DNA of 30,691 nucleotides from a virus. Lineage: Duplodnaviria; Caudoviricetes. The stretch's first letter is position 1. The number at the start of each line of letters is the position of its first letter. The notes below the pieces were generated by a model. It saw only the letters and a program-made list of their open reading frames with translations. It made no database searches and had not been told where the DNA came from. Location: positions 1 to 30,691 of the IMG/VR virus record IMGVR_UViG_3300044986_000567. One strand, written 5' to 3'. Positions 24,192 through 30,691 of this stretch are shown in pieces. The position numbers were made by a program, and so were the translations under genes.

Positions 24192-24419
24192 ATGAGCGAT
24201 CCAGAAAATTGTCGTGTGTACAGCAAAGAACCTAATGTCACCTTGGGACAGATCGTAGGTCAGAATGCTTACGACGGAACTCAGATCGTGATGATTGAGC
24301 TGCCTCGCAGCCAGAACGAGGTGGAGCATGTGGGCTTCACTATGAATGTAGCGATGGCTGTGGCCGACAAGATCATGGCGCGTTGCATGAATTATCAGTC
24401 GCAGGAGGCAAAAAAGTGA
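24192..24419 (+). CDS. hypothetical protein
   Basis: AGGGGG RBS, ATG 24192. Confidence 0.6.
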   Translation: MSDPENCRVYSKEPNVTLGQIVGQNAYDGTQIVMIELPRSQNEVEHVGFTMNVAMAVADKIMARCMNYQSQEAKK

Positions 24420-24928
24420 GACAGCTTTTTTACTGGCTGCTGAATTGGCTAACGAGTTTTTTCAGGACATTACCTGTTCCTCCGAGTGTATTACCTGTTC
24501 TCAATGGTGAGGTGTTTATGGCTGATGTGCGTGACGGTTTGGTTTATTCGGTGTCGCTGCCAGAGTTTCCTAAGGCTGGTGACCTAAAGTCTCAGCTCTT
24601 ATGTGTCCATTTCGATGGTAAGAAGGTAGAGCACCCACTGGATGTTAATGATACTGAGACCAGCTTTATTGTGCCGCAAGACGTAGAGGCCAGCATTCAT
24701 CTTGTGTACGTGGATGATGGTGGCAACAAGAGTGAAGGACCGTTGTTTTCTTTCAAAGCGGTCGATACAATTAACACGTTCGCACCTCCTGGCTTCGGTG
24801 AAGTCAAGTTGGTCGAAGAATTGTTTGATGTCGAATGGTCGGACGAAGGCTTGCCAATTATTGAAGAGGCAGACCCAGAGCCTGACTTCCAACCAGAAAT
24901 CGTTGATCCTCAAGGTCCAACGATCTAG
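24416..24928 (+). CDS. hypothetical acidic beta-rich protein (possible Ig/FN3-like)
   Basis: GGAGG plus GTG 24416 (alternative ATG 24518). VYVDDGGNKSE resembles a DxAGNxS strand motif. Confidence 0.6.
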   Translation: MRQLFYWLLNWLTSFFRTLPVPPSVLPVLNGEVFMADVRDGLVYSVSLPEFPKAGDLKSQLLCVHFDGKKVEHPLDVNDTETSFIVPQDVEASIHLVYVDDGGNKSEGPLFSFKAVDTINTFAPPGFGEVKLVEELFDVEWSDEGLPIIEEADPEPDFQPEIVDPQGPTI

Positions 24929-24959
24929 CGTTAGTTGTCCACTAGATCGTTGGCTGTCG

Positions 24960-24998
24960 GGGGAGGTGGCTTTTGTGTGTGGCTACCTCCCCTTTTTT
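24960..24998 (+). terminator. intrinsic terminator at convergence of gene blocks
   Basis: GGGGAGGTGGC/GCTACCTCCCC stem plus T6. Confidence 0.8.
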
Positions 24999-27900
24999 AT
25001 TGCGCCGCTTCCATTCTTTTTCTATCAGTGGCTCTCTGGTTTAGCAGTTTCATAATGCCCTCGATCTTCGCAGCGTCTGCGGCTTGCTCTGGTGTCCAGC
25101 TTTCTTGAGCATAATCTGGGAAGTAGGGGCGAGTGTACATTCTACCGCCGAAGTCTTTCATCACTCTAGCCAATCGTTCGCGGAGTATGGCATCTTGTGC
25201 TGACGGCGAAACGTCTGCGACTCGCACACCCGTACCGAGGTTCAGCAGTAGCTTCCAGGGGATCGTGTCGTACTTGCGAGGGTCGGTGGCAGTACGAATG
25301 GTGTTGAGCGTTCGACCCAAGCCAGAGTTTGCAATAGCGTACTCCAGCCAAGGGTTGTTTAGGAATGGCTGTGCCCGCTCTGTTTTCTCGCCGGTCATTA
25401 GGTCACTGATGTTGGCTCTAATGCGACCTATCGTTGGATCGAGGTCTTCAATTTCACGACCACCAAACGGCCCTGCTTGATAAAGTGATCGGCCTGTTGC
25501 TGTTTCGATGACTGACTTAGGTACTGGATTGAGTCGTGAGCCAAGCTCTCTGAGCAGGCCCGACACATTACCTCGTGCGATCTGTGCAAACTGTAGAGGA
25601 TCCTCGTACGGCATACCGAAACCAGTGATGTAGCTCCTAGTTCCATCCTCTGACACACCAAGCGGAATGCTGGCTGTCTCTCGGATGTAGTCCGGAGTGA
25701 CCCCTTGCTCGTCAGTTTGACCTGCTCTGGTGGTCGCAATGATCTGACGACCCATCGCACCAGCAGGTCGCTCCATAAGCTGTCCGTACACAAACGGCGT
25801 AACGCCTCGGGTGTAACTATAAAATGGGAACATTCGGCGCATGTACTCGCGTTCGAAGTTGGACAGCATAGTATAGTCCACTTGAGCCTTGTTTACTAAT
25901 GCTGCCGCTGCTTGAGGATCGTAGCCTCGCCGGATCATAGAAATGAAAGGCGAGAGCCTATTGAGCGACTCGGTGTACTGACCCAGATCGCGACCTAGCT
26001 GGCCTGGTCGGAATATATCCTTGTCAGCCAAAACGCCTTTACTCATCCAAGGCATGAACCATCTCTGCGCGAAGGTCGATTCAGGCACCGGCGGCGAGAA
26101 TTGCCCACGCAGAGGATTGACACTTCTTGAACCGTCAACACCTGGATACTGAGTAGCAGCAGTCCCAATCGTATCCATCAACTGCTCAGCAGAGATACCT
26201 TGCTTCTCACCTACGATAGCATTAGCGTAGATGATCTTACGTAGCTCTTCGGTAGCCTGTTCGTCGGTAAGATTCTTGCCAGCAAAGATTGGTGCCTCGG
26301 AAATACCTGGAATGGTTTGGCCGGTTGCAATGCGATGCGCATCACGCATTGGCTCCAATACAGACCTCAGTGGATTAATATAGGTCATTGGATTGGCAAG
26401 GTTAAACTCGGAAAACCGTGGATCTATTTGTGTCCCTAGAAACAAATTAGATGCCTGACCGCTGCCAAGGTTACGAGTGTGGAAGGAGAGAAACGGCAAC
26501 ATACCCGTCTGCATCATCTTCCACATATTCGTAAGCTTGTCATAGCCACGAATCATCGGCCTAACTTCCTCAAGTGACCTCGGCCCTTTAACGAACTTAC
26601 CAATAGCTTCTGCTACATCTTCAGGGACAACAATCATTTCTGTTAGGATATCGTCAGGCAGTGACGATCGATATCGTGCTTCAGTAGCGTTAAGAGGGTT
26701 AGGTATGCTGACATTTAGTTCTTGTGGTATACCATCGTCGATAACAGCAAAAAACAGTGCAGCACTTGGATCTGATGGATCGGCTGGATTGTGCTGAATC
26801 ATCAGGTCATAGTTAGTCGTGTTAAACTTTTTGTTTGGAGTGATGATGTTCTTAAATATCGCAGTTCCCTGCTGCACATTAAGAGGTACTCGTTGCCCAT
26901 CTAAGTCAATCACGAAGTCTTTATTTTCTTGAAGTGCTTTTTTGATAAGGTTCGCACGATTCGCAACCATAGTATTCCAGAAAGTCTTATCAGCTTCCAG
27001 AATAGTTTTCTTCGGCATGTTACCAAGTACCAACTTGACTGGTCTTGGATCATCATAGGAAGATTTCTCAAGAACCTTGCTGATAGTGACACCGTTCTTG
27101 TCGTAGTCGAGCATAGTTCTGGATGTAGCATGATCTGATATTAGCTTTTGGATAGCCTTGGCGTGAGCTATGGATCGATGATGATGTTCAAGCCGCAACT
27201 CAAACCCAGAAAAAAGGTCGTTTGAGAAAAGTGGGATCTGGAATTTCGCGTGAGCAGGATCAAGCTCCATCATGGATCTTGTGAGCCCTTCAACCTTCTC
27301 CGCTAGACCTGGAGATTCGAGCATCAACTGATCGAATGAAAGCTCGGCGTACCTTGGATCGAGTCGTTCCCCATACTTTTGCCACAGCAGTCTTGCTTCC
27401 GGCAAAACTTCCTTGCGAGTCAGTTTCTCTTTTACTCTCTTGGCTGTGTGCTTACCAGAGAACTGTGGGTCGACAGAAATATCGTTAATGACAGAAGTCC
27501 CGTCACTATAGCCAACCAGATAAGATGTTCGCTTCTTCTGATTAGGATGACCAGGATCAAGCAGCTTGCCGTAGTTTGGATTCCACGGCATAGAGCTGCT
27601 ACCAGGAAGCTCTGACAGCAGACGAGGGAAGTATCCATCAATTGCCTCAGTCAGTACGCCGTTTGCATTTTCATCACGCAACATATTCAGAGTTTTATAT
27701 CTGAACGACGTTATCATGTCCGCAATCTGCTGCCTTTGCTGAGGCTGCACCCACGAGGGAAGCTGCTCCGGTGAGACAGGTATTGCTTCACGTATGATGC
27801 GACCTTCACTATCCCGAATGCCCACCTCAAGAAGCCTTCTAATGTCATTGACTCGTTGGTTTTGAATCTTTCTTGCATCAACGAGCTGTGCGATAGCAGC

Positions 27901-30690
27901 TTCCTTTTTGTTTCCGTTTGCTCGTGCAATGTACTCATCGATAGGAGCAAGCTCAGATCGGATGATTTCATCTTCGCGAATACTTGGAGTCTCGTACCAA
28001 GTCCTTAGGAACTTGGACATATACATACGCTCTCGATAGATGGCGTTTCTGTATCCAGTGAATGCCAATCGTGCTGCTTCTTGGCCAGCCTTAGATAGCT
28101 GCCCAAGAACGCTTTGATCAAACAGAGCAGTAAGAGATCGACCTAGTGCGGAGTCAAGTACTGTTTGAGCAGCAGTATCAATTCCCTTGCCGATCTTGGC
28201 GGATCGAAACCCGGAGAGCTGTTCGGCAATCTGCTCTGAAGTTAGAGACGCAGGCGCAGGTGGCGCATTTGATTCAAGTATGTTGCCGGACTTTGGATCG
28301 AACGTACCACGGTTGCCAGTAGCAGACTTGATTTTCGAGCTATCAAATACCACGAAAGTGTTGCCGTTAATGTCACCTTTCTCTAGGTTTCCAAAGGCAT
28401 CGCTAAATTTTATCCCATCATAGCCTAGCTTCTCTGCTTCATCTGCCAATCTCTGTCGGAATGTTTTTCCGTTTTTCATCTGGCCATGATTTATAAACTG
28501 AAACAAATCACGCTCGTGCGGAATCGACTTAAGTAATTCTGGATCCTCAAAGCCAGCCTGTCTAAGAAGTTTCTCCAGCTTAATCCTCACATCGCCTCTC
28601 CTGCTAGGAAGAGAGGTTAGGTCAAGTGGGTTTCGGATATCAAGATATACTGGAAAAATCCTGCCATTTTTGCCGTCTGAAAAGTTGGCAGAATATTCTG
28701 GGTTATCAGAGAACATGTGGAAGTTACCACTCATGTCCTCAGCGTATGGATTACTGAAACGAGAGAAGTCTTCTAGTGCAGTCGTTCCATGATAAACCAC
28801 CAGCGGCTTACCATCTACATCAACAACCTTACTCGCATTCTTTGGATCTTTCTCCCAGTCACCGAACCATTTCTTAAACGCTTTTGTTGTAGTTTGTTTT
28901 ACAGACGATTCAGTTTCATCCAGCATGGAGTACAGTATGCCGTTTTCTAAATCGATGTCGCCAAGTCCTATGTCTTCGACTTTCGCATTAAGACTCCTGT
29001 TAAAAATCCCAGTCGGATCGCGCGGATCAACCTTCTTAGCCATACGGATCGCCATTGCTTGATCAGAAACTCTAGCGGCATCTGCTTTCTTGCCGGATAG
29101 GAACTTCTTCATGATGGCCTTAGTTTGATCGTAGCCAAGTGTTTGGCGAATCGCATCCCAGATGTACTCAAACACATCAACTATCTTAGCCCACGTCTTG
29201 CCAATAAGTGTCACTGGCTTTTCGCGACCAACATACTTCTTAGTAAGTTCCGTGAGTGTAAACGCAAAGTACTCGTCGACATTACTCAGCTCATACGGAA
29301 TTGGCCCTGACCGATTCATTTTGTAATTTGCAAGTATGTCTTCATATTCTCTATAGATCGAACGGACTTCTTCCTCCGGAAGGTATGTCGATAAGTGATG
29401 CCAAAGCTCATGTATTAGTGTCTTATCGATTTCACCCGCTTTGACTGCTGCATCATAGATCCGAATGGATACATTTTTCAAGTCATAGCTTCCCGCTACA
29501 TCCGCACTCCTTCCCATGCCTCCCATTTCTACCTTTACGTCATCAAACAAGCGCTTACCAATCTTGCTTGTCATTTCTCCGATGATTGGTTTTACGTCAT
29601 CGGGCAAACCTTCTAGCGTATTAAGGTTAATCTGGGTTGTAGTGGAACCAGATGCGGGACTGTCATCGATGGATTGCGCAACAGCGGATTCCAGAGTACT
29701 AGGTGGCTTAGCTTGCTTTGACACCTGGCCCTTAGCCAGGATGTCTCTGTATGCCTCACCGACCTGTTTGCCAAAATCTTTTGAGCCAGTGAAGAGGGCC
29801 TTATCTTCTTGACTAAGCTCTGTAAATATATCTCTTGTCGCCAGCATCTCTGCTTGTGCAGCAGTCTTAATGGATTCGGGATTTATTTTTGATAGCTGCT
29901 CTTTGACTATCAAATTTCTTGCGAATTGACTAGCTTCCTGTACCGCTCCTTCAGGCAGTATCTTATTCGCTACGGCTGACTGAACAAACTTCATCACGCC
30001 AATTCTCGGCGCAGCGTTTCGAGCCTTTAGTTGTCGCTCCTCGATGAGTGCCTTTTCTATGTCGCCGTACGCAACCTGCCTTGCGATCTCGATCTCTTTA
30101 GGCGAGTACTTAGGTCGCTGCGTCTTAGGTTCTGTCGCATTCCCCAAGAACCTTACCCAGCCGTCGATTCGAGCAATTTTGGCTTTATCTACAGCAGGGA
30201 CAACTGTCTCATCTGCTTTATCCGATGCTGCATCAATTAGATCTTTCGCCTTTTCGCTAACGACTACTGGCTTTTCAGTTTTCGACTTAGGCGACCGAGG
30301 CAATGGCTTAGCAGGCCCTTTAACGTAATCTTCTAGCTTCAGATCTGATGCGGCGTTTTGAACGTAAAATCGATTTTTCTCCCATACGCTCTCATTACCT
30401 CGAACAAGTCTAGGCCAAGGATATCCTAGTCCAGCATCAACCCAGTCGAAGTAAATACCATCATGCTCTGGATTATCGGAGTAGTAACTAAGCTCGCGTA
30501 CCTCTCCATCCTTCCATCTCTGATACAGTTCAGGGTCTTCTCTAAAAAGAGCCTCGTGACTTGGTAACGATTCATAACCAGTCTGCTTTGGTTCTTCATC
30601 AAAGAGTGTTTTGCTTTTAGGTTTATTGATTTGGATCTCAGCTTGCCTCTTGGCGATTGCCAGAGTTGGGTAATCCTCTATCGCAACGCC
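24997..30690 (-). CDS. giant polyvalent (probably virion-injected) protein: zincin metallopeptidase, ART-PolyVal-like domain and LPD38-like C-terminus; 5'-truncated by window
   Basis: The frame stays open upstream of 30303 to the window end (no stop found by manual reading). TLIHELWHH...EYFA at about 29400. FKKWFGD...DGKPLVVYHGT...PVYLDIRNP...GYDGI...IKSATGNRGTFD at about 28290-28880. Confidence 0.85.
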   Translation of the reverse strand, partial: GVAIEDYPTLAIAKRQAEIQINKPKSKTLFDEEPKQTGYESLPSHEALFREDPELYQRWKDGEVRELSYYSDNPEHDGIYFDWVDAGLGYPWPRLVRGNESVWEKNRFYVQNAASDLKLEDYVKGPAKPLPRSPKSKTEKPVVVSEKAKDLIDAASDKADETVVPAVDKAKIARIDGWVRFLGNATEPKTQRPKYSPKEIEIARQVAYGDIEKALIEERQLKARNAAPRIGVMKFVQSAVANKILPEGAVQEASQFARNLIVKEQLSKINPESIKTAAQAEMLATRDIFTELSQEDKALFTGSKDFGKQVGEAYRDILAKGQVSKQAKPPSTLESAVAQSIDDSPASGSTTTQINLNTLEGLPDDVKPIIGEMTSKIGKRLFDDVKVEMGGMGRSADVAGSYDLKNVSIRIYDAAVKAGEIDKTLIHELWHHLSTYLPEEEVRSIYREYEDILANYKMNRSGPIPYELSNVDEYFAFTLTELTKKYVGREKPVTLIGKTWAKIVDVFEYIWDAIRQTLGYDQTKAIMKKFLSGKKADAARVSDQAMAIRMAKKVDPRDPTGIFNRSLNAKVEDIGLGDIDLENGILYSMLDETESSVKQTTTKAFKKWFGDWEKDPKNASKVVDVDGKPLVVYHGTTALEDFSRFSNPYAEDMSGNFHMFSDNPEYSANFSDGKNGRIFPVYLDIRNPLDLTSLPSRRGDVRIKLEKLLRQAGFEDPELLKSIPHERDLFQFINHGQMKNGKTFRQRLADEAEKLGYDGIKFSDAFGNLEKGDINGNTFVVFDSSKIKSATGNRGTFDPKSGNILESNAPPAPASLTSEQIAEQLSGFRSAKIGKGIDTAAQTVLDSALGRSLTALFDQSVLGQLSKAGQEAARLAFTGYRNAIYRERMYMSKFLRTWYETPSIREDEIIRSELAPIDEYIARANGNKKEAAIAQLVDARKIQNQRVNDIRRLLEVGIRDSEGRIIREAIPVSPEQLPSWVQPQQRQQIADMITSFRYKTLNMLRDENANGVLTEAIDGYFPRLLSELPGSSSMPWNPNYGKLLDPGHPNQKKRTSYLVGYSDGTSVINDISVDPQFSGKHTAKRVKEKLTRKEVLPEARLLWQKYGERLDPRYAELSFDQLMLESPGLAEKVEGLTRSMMELDPAHAKFQIPLFSNDLFSGFELRLEHHHRSIAHAKAIQKLISDHATSRTMLDYDKNGVTISKVLEKSSYDDPRPVKLVLGNMPKKTILEADKTFWNTMVANRANLIKKALQENKDFVIDLDGQRVPLNVQQGTAIFKNIITPNKKFNTTNYDLMIQHNPADPSDPSAALFFAVIDDGIPQELNVSIPNPLNATEARYRSSLPDDILTEMIVVPEDVAEAIGKFVKGPRSLEEVRPMIRGYDKLTNMWKMMQTGMLPFLSFHTRNLGSGQASNLFLGTQIDPRFSEFNLANPMTYINPLRSVLEPMRDAHRIATGQTIPGISEAPIFAGKNLTDEQATEELRKIIYANAIVGEKQGISAEQLMDTIGTAATQYPGVDGSRSVNPLRGQFSPPVPESTFAQRWFMPWMSKGVLADKDIFRPGQLGRDLGQYTESLNRLSPFISMIRRGYDPQAAAALVNKAQVDYTMLSNFEREYMRRMFPFYSYTRGVTPFVYGQLMERPAGAMGRQIIATTRAGQTDEQGVTPDYIRETASIPLGVSEDGTRSYITGFGMPYEDPLQFAQIARGNVSGLLRELGSRLNPVPKSVIETATGRSLYQAGPFGGREIEDLDPTIGRIRANISDLMTGEKTERAQPFLNNPWLEYAIANSGLGRTLNTIRTATDPRKYDTIPWKLLLNLGTGVRVADVSPSAQDAILRERLARVMKDFGGRMYTRPYFPDYAQESWTPEQAADAAKIEGIMKLLNQRATDRKRMEAAQ

Positions 30691-30691
30691 G

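Noticed and set aside
25133-30328. plus-strand and alternate-frame ORFs inside the giant gene, and similar shadow ORFs elsewhere (e.g. 373-783, 6211-6663, 12605-12976)
   Set aside because: They are antisense or out-of-frame shadows of better supported CDSs, without RBSs or motifs.
1-30691. stop-codon reassignment explaining the many short ORFs
   Set aside because: Conserved genes are full length in code 11, and TAA, TAG and TGA all end genes next to downstream RBSs.

Overview
Fragment of a large tailed dsDNA bacteriophage (or phage-like element) using the standard genetic code. The host is probably a Planctomycete, inferred from a RimI-like GNAT, a DUF1257/DUF2997/Ycf46 module and small-protein families, all recognised from memory. 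(1) 1-10 kb is an early/host-takeover region of small ORFs (YodL-like, DksA/TraR Zn-finger, stand-alone DUF4942, clamp-loader-like AAA+, CsrA). It is organised by seven copies of a fixed-spacing 38-bp element, TCTTGA-N26-GGTATA, usually followed by hairpin-RBS-ATG and diverging from a hub at about 1370-1525. (2) 10-23.4 kb holds DNA metabolism and accessory genes: two divergent beta-clamp (DnaN) paralogues, an antisense XRE repressor, a DUF3150-like / fused DUF1257-DUF2997 / Ycf46-like AAA+ module, RimI-like GNAT, Holliday junction resolvase, MazG-like pyrophosphatase and prim-pol. The module's ATPase has Walker B BEFORE Walker A. (3) Two tRNA-like elements have aberrant anticodon arms, and one is followed by about 550 nt of hairpin-dense non-coding sequence, a candidate large ncRNA. 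(4) From 25 kb to the window end lies a >1890-aa minus-strand polyvalent protein (zincin HExxH peptidase plus ART-like domain) that runs off the window. Family calls rest on motif recognition only; no searches were run.
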